NCBI GenBank assembly: GCA_032718475.1
Contig: JAUCBJ010007231.1
Coordinates: forward strand, 1-64,000
From: Nemertoderma westbladi
Taxonomy: Eukaryota > Animalia > Xenacoelomorpha
Length of the DNA stretch: 64,000 bases
Reading direction: 5' to 3'
The notes beneath the pieces are model-generated. The model worked only from the letters and a program-made list of their open reading frames with translations, did no database searches and was not told the origin of the DNA. Made by a program: the position numbers and the translations under genes. Each line of letters starts with the position of its first letter. The stretch's first letter is position 1. Of the stretch, positions 11,930 to 25,553 are shown one piece after another.

Positions 11930-12620
11930 ATAACACCCACTTGGCCCCTGTGGTGTTCCGCGAAAACCTTGCACTGTGATACGGCCTCATGCCGCCAGGC
12001 CTCCCAGCGAAGTGCGAGGGTTGTGGGGAGCCGTTTACAACAACCCACGCCCTGAACTGCAAGTCGGGGGATCTTGATAATAAGGCGGCATGATGAGGTA
12101 CGTGAGGTCTTTGGGGACCTCATTGCCTCTGCATTTGGGGGCGCATGCATCCAGCGCGAGGTTACCCTGGTGCCTGGTTACCTGGACAGAAGGGGTCGCG
12201 AGGTGGGGGGAGTTAGGGCGGATCTCCTGGCGAGGGGAGTCTGGACCGAGCAGAGGGTGGTGTCTTTCGATATTACGATTGTAAACGCTGATGCCCCCTC
12301 ATAAGCTCACCGGCCCTTGGACTCTGTCCTCCAACAGAGAGTCCGAGCCAAAAGGTGCACTACAGCGCGGTGTGCGAAGATAGAAGGTTCTCCTTCACCC
12401 CCCTTGTCGGAACCACCGTTGGGGTGTGGAGCAAGGAGACTGATATCTTCATCAGCCACCTCGCTGAGACCCTAGTGGCTCGGCGGCAGGGGATGCGAGA
12501 ACGCAGCCTAGCCTGCGTTTTCGGGTGAGTTTGGAGGCGGCTGCAGTTCGCGCTCCTCCACTCTTTGTCTGCGTGGTGGCCGGTGAATGTGGAGGGCGCT
12601 GGGCTTTAATTATTATTTTT
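11930..12620 (+). mobile_element. 3' fragment of an RLE-type non-LTR retrotransposon (CRE-like)
   Basis: CGEPFTTTHALNCK zinc knuckle, RRHDEV, RADLLARGVW..FDITIVNADAPS and FTPLV, matching the restriction-like endonuclease layout of CRE-clade elements. Stops and frameshifts are present, and the segment is GC-rich relative to its flanks. Confidence 0.75.
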
Positions 12621-12849
12621 AATATTGGAATTTGTTTATATTTACATTTCGCCAGTTAGATTGTACTGTATTGTTATATACAGTGCATATTATAAATTGG
12701 GCAAGTCAAGACCATTGTTTTTTTATAGTTATATAAATAATTAATTCACTTATACATATAGTATAAAAATCCGATCCTCAGGTTCCTTCCAGTTATCAAT
12801 ACCCTTGAAATGTACTACATTAACTCTAATGCTTACTTAAAAAGTTGCG

Positions 12850-13142
12850 GTCATCTTTTTACAGAACATTTCATTCTACAGCAAGGAGTGCTGTGCTGCA
12901 AGGGTGTGTTCTATCTATCTCCGATGCTCCTCAAATACTACATGCACGATTTAATTAGAGTTATTAGCACTTCAGAATTGTGGAACATATAGGAATATAA
13001 TAATTTGACATCATACACTATGCTGATGATATAATTCTGATAGCAAACATAAAATCAGACCAGAAAGCCATGCTGATTTTAAATAAAAAGACACTTCTTG
13101 TACAGAGTACACAAAAGGTACATCAAATACCCATGACATTCT
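12850..13142 (+). pseudogene. Decayed LINE RT fragment interrupted by the LTR element
   Basis: QG..LSP and tatgctgatgat (YADD) remnants; appears to continue briefly after 18162. Confidence 0.55.
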
Positions 13143-13370
13143 TGTTGGTACAGATGTTCTGGCGGTAAATTCAAACTATTAGTTTCATATATATAACAAA
13201 CATAATAATGTTCTAGGCTTTAGGGTTTGACCTACCTACCGTGTAGGCCTACCACACTGGTGTAGGGGTATTATATTCATTCGGGATATTATATATCCTT
13301 ATGTTTACCTTGATACTAAATATACAATATTTAGACTTCTGAAATAATTAGTTCTTACCACAGCTAAACA
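13143..13370 (+). repeat. 5' LTR
   Basis: tgttggtacag...cagctaaaca; direct repeat of 17926-18157. Confidence 0.95.
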
Positions 13371-13381
13371 TGGCGCTGCGA
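13371..13381 (+). promoter_or_regulatory. Primer-binding site (probably tRNA-Ser)
   Basis: TGGCGCTGCGA lies immediately after the LTR. TGG is the CCA complement; the tRNA identity is an inference. Confidence 0.75.
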
Positions 13382-13407
13382 TAATAGGCAATAACCTACT
13401 TTTGAAA

Positions 13408-14690
13408 ATGGATAATTTACAACAACTGAAACGTAACCGGTCTTCAGCATTAGGATTCTTAACACGAGCCCGTCGGGCTGCAGAATCGGCTATTCGCGAA
13501 TATGGTGAGATTCCCATCGAACAGCGAAAAGATCCGGTTACGTTGAAATGGTTGTGGGTAAATTGACAGATAAATGGAAAATCTTTGAGGATAAGGAGGA
13601 TGCCGTTAGAAGTCACATTGACTGTAGTAGTACTGACGAATATGCAGAGATCGATTCTTTGTTCGAACGTGTGTTAGAAATCGAAAGATTGATGAAAATA
13701 CTCAGAGTTGAATTCTTAGAATTTAAAGAAGAAAAATCTATAAACCTACAAAATAGCACCCTAAATCCCAGTGCAGGTACCGGTAGTGGACAAATTATTA
13801 TTAGTGAAAGACACAAACTGACACCCAAAAAACCTCCATGCATTGAAGGAGATGTAGAACTGACTCATTTTAATTGGTGGATTGAATTGTGGAATAATTA
13901 TTATAAAATGGCCGATCTAAAGAGTGTTGGAAGAGAAACGTGTGTGGCAGCATTCTGGGAATTATGCTCCACAGAGTTTTTGAATACAATTCGATATTCA
14001 ATTGGAATTAAGAGCGACACTTCAAAAGATGTTGATGATATTATTGTTGATATTAAGAAATTCCTACGTGGAAAACGGAATGTGTTTGTGGATTGGCTAA
14101 ATCTCCTAACAGTGAAGCAAGACCGAAACATGTCATATACCTCATTAAGGAATAATATATCTACACTAGCGGATTTAGTGGATATCGATAATATAACTCC
14201 AGATATGTTACTTCGTGCGATTTTATTGATTGCGCTTTATGATTTTATGATGAGCGAACGATTCAAAAATTAATGGCCGAGCAACTGAAATTGATTGATG
14301 CAGCATGGAATTTTTTATATACATTGGAGAGTACAACCGCTGGAGCTAAGGAATTAACAATACATAATTCCTATAAGGTTGCGGGATTGATGGAAGATGA
14401 CAATGAAGATGAAAATGATGAGTCGGTCAATGCTGCAAGGAAAACTCCATATCAGAGAAATAAGTGGAATAAAAACAGTATACAGTCCAATGTTTCAGGG
14501 ACTGAACAGATCAAAAAATACTCATGCTATGGGTGTGGTTCTCCTTCAAAACATGCTCCTGGTAGAACCTGTCCAGCAAAAGATAAATAATGTTTATCAT
14601 GTGGAAAATCTGGTCATTTCGCAATTGTCTGCAACCAAAATAAACAAACATCAGCAAATGCAGTTGTCTTTCATAACACTGTAATTGCTG
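13408..14690 (+). pseudogene. gag: gag (frameshifted, with stops) with two Cys/His knuckles
   Basis: CYGCG...H....CPA followed by CLSCGKSGHFAIVC, typical of Mag-type gag; split over several ORFs. Confidence 0.8.
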
Positions 14691-14707
14691 CTACAGGTAC
14701 CAACTCG

Positions 14708-17700
14708 ATGCCTAACCTAATAGTGACAGTTACATCTGAAATTGATGGCACAAAGAAAATAATAGCAGTTCCTGATACAGGCGCAGGTGCATCAGTAATG
14801 GGCATGGATATATACATGGAGCATTTTGCAGATTCTAATTTACAGTTACCTCCATTTAAAATATCATCTGTCGGTGGACAGCAACTTATTCAAGCAGGTA
14901 TTTTTGATGTGCGTATAACTATCTGTAACCACTCAACTTTGGTTCCAGTTTGTGTTTGTCATGGAGTTCATGGATTCTTCCTTTCTTTGAAAGCATGCAA
15001 GGCCCTCACAATAATCCATGAGACAATTCCACTACAAATTGCATGTAATTCCATAAAAAACTCAAACAATTTTGAGAGAAAAGATTCTGTCAGTGACACA
15101 CCAATTATAAATCCTACAGGATCACATGGTGAAGATGAGTCAGTATGGGCTAAAGAGGACCGTTTAGCATGGATAAAAACTTTCTCAGAAATGGAAAAAC
15201 ATGTGGCATTTGAAACAGTTAACAAAACATTACGTCATAAATATTTGGATGCCTTCGATGATTCAGAATTACTTCGCCCTATTAAAGGTGGGGAAGTAGG
15301 TAAGCCGATGAAGATATTTTTAAAACCTAATGCTATCCAAAAGGCAATTACAGCTGCTCGAAATGTTCCAACCCATCTTCAGACCAAAGTTGAAGATGCT
15401 TTAACTTATATGATCAATTGTGGAATAATTGTGCCAGTGGGAGATACACCCACTCCATGGTGTCATCCTTTAGTAGTCTTCCATAAACCATCAGGTGATG
15501 TACGAGTATGCGTTGACTTAAAATCGTTGAATGAACAAGTAGATCGCACCATACATAAAGTCCTTACTCCTACTGAAGCTGTAGCTATCTTTCAGCGGAA
15601 ACACAAATTTTTTTCGAAACTGGATTTAGTAAAGGGATATTGGCAAATGGAATTAGAGGAAGAAAGCTCATGGTATACAGTATTTATTACACATAAAGGT
15701 AAATTTCGTTTTTTGAGAGCTCCTATGGGTTTCACAAGTACAGGAGATGCTTTTTCATTTCGGGGCAATATAGCCCTTCGAGGAATAGAAGATTGTATAA
15801 AGGTGATAGATGATATTGCAGTTGGGAAAGAGACAATCGGGGAATTAGTTTTAACTGTAACAGAAATTCTAGAACGGTGTATCCTACATGGGTTAACAGT
15901 GAGTCCAAACAAAAGTGTAATAATAGCTGAATCAATCAACTATGTTGGCTATTTTATACAAGCTGGGTCAGTTGCAGTTGATGAAAGAAAATTATTGGCT
16001 ATTCAAGAATTTCTGAGTCCATCTAATCGATCAGACCTCCGATCATTTATGGGTCTAGCAAACCAATTATTATCCTTCGTTCCTAATTTGGCATTTTCCC
16101 TTCATGAGTTCAGAGATATCCTTCGAACTAAAAACCAATTCAAATGGTTGCCCGAACATGAAATTGCTTTTAAGGAAATTAAGGAATTGTTGACATCACC
16201 ACCAGTAGCAGGAATGTTTGAATTCGAGTTGCCACTCGTTTTATTTACAGATGCTAGCAAAACTGGTCTTGGATATGTTCTTCAATAAACTAACAAAAAC
16301 TTAGATATTAACTCTGCTGTTATGATTCAATGCGGTAGTCGTTTCCTTTCAACTGCGGAAAAAAACTATGCAACTGTTCAGCTCGAAACCTTAGCAATTT
16401 ATTGGGCTTTAAAAAAAGCTTGGGTTTATCTAGAAGGTTGAATATAGGTAGAATATATTTAACTTCACAGTTGAATGGAGAAAAGGTAAAAGCAACGAAA
16501 TAGCAGATGCCCTCTCAAGGTCACCAGTATTTCAACCTGAAACAGAAGACCATGAGGAAGCCATGGAATTTGCAGCCATTTGCTCTGATACAATTAAACA
16601 AACTTTTTAACCAAACAATTTAACTAATGAATTATAATTTGACTAATGATTTAATTTAATTAAACTAATGAATAGCTAATGAATTAACAGTCCAAGCTGG
16701 TCTCGTTTTATGTGGAGAACGCTTAGTTCATCCAACAAATTCAATTGGAGACATTTTGAAGAAGTTACATGCAGACAAAATGAAACATAGAGCACGTGAA
16801 ATTCTATATTGACCTTCTCTATCAAAGGATGTGGAAGATATTGTAAACAATTGTTTCAAATGTCAACGTACACGCCCATCTTTACCCTCCGAACCTCTGA
16901 TATCACATGATTTGGCATCAAGACCAATGGAAGAAATATGTCTAGATTTCGGACAACATGGTGGCGATGATTACCTCATTGGTGTAGATAGCTTTAGTGG
17001 TTACATTTGGATATGGCAATGTGCCGAAGACAATCCGTCATCATCATATTTAAAGAAAACCATCATATTTAAAGAAAACTCTGCGCGATTTATTTTCGAA
17101 ATTTGGTATTTGTAATAAAATTAGATCAGATGGTGCAAGCTATTTCAATTCATCAGAATTGGAAGAATTTTTTGAGTTGTGGGGTATCACTTGGATACCG
17201 AGCTCACCACGATATCCACAAGCAAATGGCATGGCTGAAGCAGCTGTAAAGAAAGCTAAGTTGTTATTGGAAAAGATAGATGACCCCAATCTTGGAGATG
17301 CATTCGCTGTCGCAATTCTAGAACTAAATGCAACAATACATTCATCCACAAATGTAGCACCATCTAGCTTGATGTTCGGCTGTCGTCTAAGAACTCAATT
17401 ACCTGCACACCCTGCGACATTAGAACCATTATCCCATGAAGTTTTCAAGAAGGCAATAGACCATCGATCAAAACACACTCAAAATTAGAAACACACTTTT
17501 GACAAAAATAAACGAGAAGCAACAACATTAAATCAAAACCAATGTGTGTTGATATATTCTCCCCAAACTTCTAGGTGGGATACTCCAGCCATTATTGTGC
17601 GACAATGCAATATACGACGATATAAGATACATTTATTGTCAGGAAGAGAATTATACAGAAATCATAAACATTTAAAACCAATCAACCCAGAAGCAGCTGG

Positions 17701-17824
17701 TAGAGACGCAAATGAACTGAGAGAGATGCAAGAGAATATGGCTAAAAGCGAATATGAGCCAAAGCCGATCAGGAGGAGTGTACGAATATGGCGCAGGACA
17801 CCATATGAAACTCATATAACTTGA
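14708..17824 (+). pseudogene. pol: pol: protease, RT, RNase H, integrase (interrupted after 16288)
   Basis: DTGA protease; RVCVD, KLDLVKGYWQ, PMG and VIDD RT motifs; FTDAS RNase H; RPMEEICLD and SSPRYPQANGMAE integrase motifs. Confidence 0.9.
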
Positions 17825-17925
17825 AACTAATTAGATTCTTTATATATACTTTATTTCACTGACTATTTCAGTCATATACCGATTTATCATAGTTAATTAA
17901 ATCTATATATTACCTTGGGAGGAAT

Positions 17926-18157
17926 TGTTGGTACAGATGTTCTGGCGGTAAATTCAAACTATTAGTTTCATATATATAACATATAATAATGTTCTAGGCT
18001 TTAGGGTTTGACCTACCTACCGTGTAGGCCTACCACACTGGTGTAGGCGTAGGGGTATTATATTCATTCGGGATATTATATATCATTATGTTTACCTTGA
18101 TACTAAATATACAATATTTAGACTTCTGAAATAATTAGTTCTTACCACAGCTAAACA
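17926..18157 (+). repeat. 3' LTR
   Basis: Near-identical to the 5' LTR, with one 6-bp and one small indel and a few substitutions. Confidence 0.95.
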
Positions 18158-18189
18158 ATTCTGGAATAAAATAACTCTGAATCTGTGTA

Positions 18190-18342
18190 TCCCAGCACGT
18201 ATATGGGGCGGGGTTGCCACTGCCAGTAGAACACTGGATGATGGAGAACATCATCAAAGGAACAATTTGGCAGAATGTATCCCAACTAATTCGACGCGGT
18301 TTGGTGGCTGCTGATGAAACTGCTGCTGCTGATGCTGATGTA
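18190..18342 (+). mobile_element. Probable short LINE 3' end with (GCT)/(GAT) microsatellite tail
   Basis: GC-richer stretch ending gctgctgctgatgctgatg; family not identified. Confidence 0.35.
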
Positions 18343-18419
18343 TAGTTTATAGTCCATAAATAATAAATATATATAGACCAACTAGATTGGGGCACAAAGA
18401 ACAGGCAACAATAGCAATC

Positions 18420-18670
18420 CAAAATATATAATACACAGTAGTCCAGTCAAAAATATATAATACCCAGTAGTCCAGTCAAAAATATACAATACCCAGTAGT
18501 CCAGTCAAAAATATATAATACCCAGTAGTCCAGTCAAAAATATATAATACCCAGTAGTCCAGTGAAAAATATATAATACCCAGTAGTCCAGTCAAAAATA
18601 TATAATACACAGTAGTCCAGTCAAAAATATATAATACACAGTAGTCCAGTCAAAAATATATAATACACAG
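18420..18670. repeat. 29-bp minisatellite, ~8.5 copies
   Basis: Unit is tatataatac(c/a)cagtagtccagtcaaaaa. Confidence 0.95.
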
Positions 18671-18759
18671 AGAACTTTACTTACTATAAATATCATCCTC
18701 TAATTAATAAATCAAAATAATCGTAGCACTATAATTTAGTAAAGAAATTTAGAGAAAAT

Positions 18760-19790
18760 ATCGACCTATATGTATAATTCCATTACATCAAAAATATATT
18801 GGCAGAAAACTGTGTGCTCATTTTTTGAGCGAGTTGAAGATAATGCTTCCTTATCGCTAAAATCTAAAAACAGTGTTAAATTTAGATGCAGTGGTTCAGA
18901 GAGTGGTAATACATGTTACTCTGTCTGGACGGCTGTCTGGACAGTGACAGACTCTTGCATCTCGGGGTATTCTACTCAACCAGCCTGTTTCGATACGGAG
19001 GTTATGAGAAATACGTCGCAATCTGGTAAATGCTAGCCGGAGGTAATCATGTGTATTAGAGTCGTTCGCCCAGACGTACATGGGATGTACACTAAATGAG
19101 GGATTTAAACACTCTCGATAAGTAATATACTTTGTTGGACTTTCTGGTTTCCTCTGGATGCTATTCGCTGCGCCATGTTGGTTTTGGTTGCTATCAGTGT
19201 GGTTAAGAGTCGTTTGGATGAAGTTGTAGCAACTCAAATTGGCTTCTTTTACCATCCCATATACTTGGTGAAATGGTTTATCATTGTCTACCTCAGTTAG
19301 AATTTTTGTAAGAAATATTTTCCGTGCAGTAGATACCCACCCTAACTTCAATTGGCAGTAGACCTAGCTCAGCCAAGCACATATCTATGGGGGTCTGTAT
19401 GCGGACTCCTAAGAGACACTTTACTAGCTTGATGTAGACCTTGTTCAAGCTATGTAGGTAATTTTTAAATCATGATTCACATCCGTAGAGAAGCGTACTC
19501 ATTACAAACGCTTCAAATACTCTTCATTTCAAGTGAAAAGGCATAAAACTATTGTCTTACTTGTCGACTTTTCTTACTCCTAAAGTTGAAATTATGTACA
19601 CATTGGATTTGAGTAAATTTTTGGAACAGGTATATGTGCGTTTTAGTGCTAACAGCATAACTTTACCGCAGCCTAATTCTTTGAGGCAATTAATAAGAGC
19701 ATCTCGCGGCACCCGATCATAGGCTTTAAAGAAGTCTATGAAAAGTACAAACAACTTTAGTATTTTTGCTTTTTTTTACTGCAAGGTCAA
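18760..19790 (-). mobile_element. APE-type LINE family D, 3' part (RT remnant plus C-terminal Cys/His domain)
   Basis: FIDFFKAYDRV and FTRLRRISHNLRIETG..RVCHC; continues 22200-24830 across an insertion. Confidence 0.8.
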
Positions 19791-20900
19791 TTGTTGCTGC
19801 ACGTGTGAACTTAGCCTTTTAGATTACTTATTTTACTAATTTTAAGCTCAAAACACCATTTTTCATTGATAAAGTTAGTTACGATATAATATTACCTGTT
19901 TCAGTTAAGCCATGATTTACTGAGGGTTTTAATGCCCAATCAGTGCAGTGCCATTATACACATATCCTACCTCCCATTGGCTGTATCATTCTATTACGGT
20001 TAATTTAATATAATTTTTTATTATATAGCTTGGTTGGTTGGATGCTGGCTCACTGTGTACATGTTATTTCATGTTATTACACCTCACATGCATGGCTATA
20101 ATGGGCTAGTCAGGTTTTAATGACTGGCAAATATTACATGTCCTGGTCTAATGTCTAGGTCTAATTGTTAATAATTGAATTATATTATCCGTTATTTTAT
20201 TGATATTCTGCTAGTAAATTCAATGTGCTGCTATTATTTGCTTAATATATCGCCGATATTACTGAATCAAGAAAGTTTTACACGCGCCACAACAGGTGGG
20301 TTACTATAATTAAGTATCAGTGATAATCTGGACAATTGTATCAGATTTGTGTGTTGTCTTACCTCTGATTTACTAAATAATTAATATATGGCGATATTTC
20401 AGACCATTATTATAAGCAAGGCTCTTATCATTAATTATATCACGATTGAGAGTTGTCACAAGTTGAATACTGTAGCGATATCAATATAATTAGACCAAAG
20501 ACAAGATACAATACATTTCCTCTAAAGGGAAACACAGTTGCCAGACTTGAGTCCTTACAGAATTAATTAGTCAGACATTTGCTTGTTATACTGTGTTGCC
20601 ACACCCCCCCAGTATCATATCTCAGTTAAATACAATAGATAATCAAATACCATACCAAACTAAATAAAATATAGAGCAAATCAATGCATGTAGGGAAAAA
20701 GGGGTAGAATAAACAGATACATTGAGCGGCCCTTTGTTGAAGGTCTACTAGCGCCATTCCGTTCTTTGTATCAGACTAGATGGTTAAAGCTTATCTGCAT
20801 GTATTTACAGCGTAATCAGTATAAGGTCACAATATATGAAATTGAGATTGATAGAACATATTTTTGTCAAATGCGCTAACATCAATCATGAAATGTAAAG

Positions 20901-22170
20901 TGTTCGCGCTTTTAGACCTTTAATAGTTTAACCTGCTAATTTATATGTCTATTAATACCTGACAGCCCACTATAAATGAACACAGCCAAAGCCTGTCTAG
21001 CGCGGCATATGACCCACCGGAGGTGGGAGACTGGATTCGATGGCAGAGAGATCCATAGGACACTTCGTATTATTCGATTGATCATTACTATATAATCTCC
21101 AAAAACTATGCTTATTTTCAGTTAAATACCAACAGTTCCTTTTAGGTGCTGCGCTCTAAATGCTACACAGAGATATGACTTTTACTAATTAAAACGGGTG
21201 GACAAAAGACAACACAAATGTTTACATCCTTTGGGGATGTATTTATTGAACGTTCACACTCATACACGGACGGGCAATAATACTGAAACACGCTAATTTG
21301 CCAACAGTCAGCAATATTACTCGCATATAAGAAGAACTTAACTCACGTATGTTGGGGACTATGAAACAGCATAAACTCATAAAACTCATAACATAAACAG
21401 CACAAACCACTGTTGTTTGAACTATGCAATTGTGAATAGTAAACCCCTCCGTTTACCTCAATAAATCATGAAAACCAAGAGATCCACTGGTTATTCTTAA
21501 GTATTCTCCAACTATTAACATTAATGCATATGTTACAAATTACAACAGATCATAACAGCATAAAACAGTATGAAATGCGGTGTTGCGGCAATATCAGACA
21601 GCCAGGATGTGTTGCAGTGAGAGTAGTGAGTATGCAACTCACACGTGTAATGTGCAGACATATGAACATGAGTGCGACGAGTGAGGATGTGCGGATGTGT
21701 AATAGATTTGCATTCTATGCCTCTCTGGCTGCTGGTGTTTCTGGGCGCAAAGTCAGGAAGTGTATAAACACTCACACTAAGGGGTTGCAAGAATATTCTC
21801 GCCTGAAGTAGTCGACAAGGCATGAATGCTGTAGCTCTACGCCTCTAATGCTGTAGAATGCTACAGAACGTCGAACGCTGTAGAACCTATGGAATCCGTC
21901 AGAACTTCCAATCAGGGACCAGTTACCATGCCATCAAACCGTAACCAATGGATCCGGTAATTCAGACTATGGGGTGAAGAAGGGGGAAAGTATACTGATT
22001 GGATGGTGAATAACACAGAAGTATGTTAACAAAGAGAATGCTGTTCAATGGCTGGTGATTTCGTAATCTGGGCAGCAGGGTTTCTGTAAGAGTATATGGG
22101 GAAGTTCTATGCTTAGAATAAACACTGGAGGGAGTAAGTTTATATCAGTTCATAAAATACAAAGTTTTTA
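20901..22170. mobile_element. Second diverged copy of the unclassified ~1.3-kb repeat, within the block splitting LINE D
   Basis: Collinear similarity to 123-1424. Confidence 0.5.
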
Positions 22171-22199
22171 AGAGTTTTTTTAAGGTTTAGAGTAACCAG

Positions 22200-24830
22200 C
22201 GCATTGTGTAAAAAGGGGACATTTTGGCCGCAAAAGCTTTAACAAAGTGACAATCTGCTCTATACAACTATGCCCACTTTGTGCGCCAGCTCGACATTTG
22301 TCAAATGAGCACCAGAGTGCAAGACAAGCACAAATGAGCAGGTCATACAATTTGGCTAAAGAGTTCAGTATACTAATACCACAGTAGTTACCGCAACACA
22401 ATCTGCTCCCAGATTTAAACAGGATTACAAGTTTACTACTAGACCATCCTAATGGGTACCAAAAGTTAGTAAACACAATGTTAAAAATACTTAGAAAGAA
22501 AAGTAACCAATTTCCAGGCAAATTAACAAAGAAACCTGGGTTTACACCTAAGTAGCTCTTATTTGTGTTCAGGTTGCTGAGGATGTGTGCAAATTCACTC
22601 TTGGTAAAAGGATAATCTAGGATAGGAACGTAGGGTGAATTTCCAACGTCACAGTTCGGAGTACTGTCTTCCACATTGTCTCCAAGCAGACCTGTGAAAT
22701 GATCGGTGAATGAATTCGCATTCCCTCGGGGTGTCCTGTACATGCTCAACACAAGGACTTCCTTTCCAGTTGATCCCTTTCCAGATCTTGGCAGAATCAT
22801 TGCATTCCAGTAGATGTTGCATTGGTTACTGAGTGGGCCCCACGACTCCGCTGTTTCAGTTCCGAATTTTGAAACAGATTTAGCAGCGGCTGAGTTTATA
22901 GTATCAGTTGCCTCACAAAGTACTTGTTCGATGTTGTCTCGGTTGTCTATCGAGTTCATGTCCGGTGGGTTTTTAGTTATTAGGATGTCTCTAAAACGAG
23001 TCATGTTCTTTCATTCTACTAGTCTTCATTCATTATCTGAGTCATTCTCTTAGTAAATGTGTTGTAATCTCCTAACATGGAAGAGCAGATAGATAGATCA
23101 TCCCAGCTGTTACAGGGAAGGATGTCTAGCTTTGATTTGATGCAAATCGCTGCATGATCTTATATATGCATTGAACTGTCCATCCAAACGCCCTTCGATA
23201 TCATTCGCCATGTTGCTTGATGCCAAGGCAAGATCTACCTCCGAAATCCAACACTGACCTTTCCTGCAGGATAACCACCTAAACAGTTTCCATCATGATT
23301 CAGATGATTGAGAACCGTAGTCCCTGTCTCTTTACAATTTGCGTTTAGTACTCGTCCACTTTCGTTTACTGTATAGTCTACAACATCACTGGAGCTATAA
23401 CCCAAATTAACTACAACTATAATCCTGTCACTGAGTTCTAAGCGAACCTTTTCATGCAGAAAACTGAAGCAACTGGGTTCAAAGAATGGCGAATCCTTTG
23501 GTATGATGTAATACCCACCAATCGAAATATTCTGGCAACAAGCTAGCTTGAACCATATTTGACCTTCTATGCCTAGTTCCAAATTAATTAAACGCTTAAG
23601 TCGGGTTTAATAAGTAGCATAATACCTCCTCGGTGCGAGTGTTTAGAAGGGTTGCAGTATGATATAAAACCTGGTATATATAGCTGAGCTGGCGTTTTCG
23701 TTTCTAGTACGAATACAATGTCAAAGTTATAAATTCTAATGTTTTATCATCTAATAGTTTGTCACATATGCCCCACACATTCCAAGTTCATAAGGACAGG
23801 CACCTGGGTTGTACCGCATGTCCCTAGAACAGATTTGGGTTAACATAACAATCCATCACTACCCTGTCCCATAGCAGTGTGCGATTTTTGTAGTCATACT
23901 GGATACTCGTACTCGTACCTTGATTCTCAGGTTTACCCTTTTCCTCCCATTTACATTGATGAAGGCACCCCATCTCTTTCCTCACAGCTGGATGTACATC
24001 TTTATTAATATAGACGCGGTCGAACTGTGCAGCACCCTTCAGGTTCTTCGCTCTTCTTAAGATCCTATCATGGGTGTTGCGATCTGGTACTGTTACCATT
24101 ATTGGGCGTTTAGAAGTATCGCTGCTAGAGGTTTTGGGTTTGCCTAATTGTTGGGCTGTAATATTAGCTGCTGGGATATCGGGTGTCAACCCAGTGACTT
24201 CAAAAATCTCCTTAACATTCTTGATAACAGTGGTATTATCATCAGGCATAGTTGAGTTCTCGACCACTCCTGTTATTATGATATTTTTCTCACAAGACTT
24301 TTCATCCAGTGTAATGAGGAATGTTTGTTGGTTACGTATGATTCCGAATGCTTTGCCTAGATCTTTGGATAGGCTGACTACCTCATTGCGCATCTTATTA
24401 GATTCGCTCACTTCTTTCCGGCTTTTAAGGCTTTTAATCTCATCAAGTGCAGCTTTTAGTGTTTTGTTCATTATTGTGTCGCCAGCAATACCACTAGCCA
24501 ATTGGGCGTCGGTAGAGTTAGTAGTACACTGTTGGATATCCTCCTCATGGTACAAATCCAATAAAGATTTCAGCTGATCTTTGTTAGCCTTTTTTAACTG
24601 AGCAAGGTTGTGTACATAACAAATTATTATGGCGAGTTGTATGCTTACTGAGCATATCATATGGTACTGCAGCCTTATCTTCCGAAACAATAGCTAACAT
24701 CCGCAAATGGCGATGAGATCAATTAGTTAGATGAAACAACCATCTTCCAACTAAAGTACTAACTACATGGGCTATTCAAAGTTAATATCGAAATATATCT
24801 GAGAGCGAAATAGCTGAGACTCGTCAGCCA
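22200..24830 (-). mobile_element. LINE family D 5' part: ORF1 (23824-24690), APE and RT N-terminal remnants
   Basis: ORF1 has a coiled coil and NIIITGV..LGK..RPIMV..VYINKD. APE motifs (WNVWG, FVLETK, GGYYI) and RT NYCGISIL..QSGHSCIEQ follow. Confidence 0.85.
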
Positions 24831-24948
24831 ATTTTTTATTCAACTCCAGCAACAGAAAGATAAATTCTTTGGAAATATTCTATGTGAACACAGATGCTGT
24901 GGTCGAGCAATATGTACATCATGTCCTGGAATATAGTGTCATTATTAA

Positions 24949-25168
24949 GGTACCTGCCACCCCCCCCCCCCCCCCCCCCAAATTTACTACAAATCTTAAT
25001 GAGAATACATTAAATTTGAAACAGAGATAGTTTCACCTCCCTCCTTCTCGGTGGGAGCCCAGGTACCTGAATAACAACACTATATTCAAAATGTAAATAA
25101 TCCCGATAAACCCTATCATTATTATCTGTGTAATTTGGAATCATTTTAGTATTCCCGAGCAGCTAACC
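24949..25168. mobile_element. Possible TTAA-flanked MITE (Kolobok-like GG..CC ends)
   Basis: TTAA|GGTACCTGC ... GCAGCTAACC|TTAA, an imperfect TIR. Confidence 0.4.
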
Positions 25169-25553
25169 TTAAATATATATTATACATATTTTTAAACAGC
25201 TTCATGATTTCACTCAACTATGTAAGGTGCGTTTTTTTGCCTCTATTGCATTATCCTTGATCTTATTGTATCGCAATTTATATCATGTGATGTATATATT
25301 TTATGTATTAAAATCATCCGTGCATTTTAAATATTTTATTATATAGTAATTTTATTTTATTAAATAGCTTTTTTTTTTTAATTATAGCCAGCAGGGGCAA
25401 AAGCCGTACCATAATGATGAATTAAATCCCAGCATTTAATTTAATGAAGAAAGCTTAAAGATTATAACAAAATTAATCTTATTTATCTTATTAATTTATT
25501 ATCCTAATCTTATTATTAAGGAATTTTGTATATATCATTATCTAAATTTTTAG

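Larger units (their letters stand above)
13143..18157 (+). mobile_element. Structurally complete but decayed Ty3/Gypsy LTR retrotransposon (Mag-clade-like)
   Basis: LTRs at 13143-13370 and 17926-18157 (TG..CA). 5-bp TSD ATTCT at 13138-13142 and 18158-18162. PBS TGGCGCTGCGA at 13371 and PPT GGGAGGAA at 17917-17924. Domain order gag-PR-RT-RH-IN. Confidence 0.95.
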
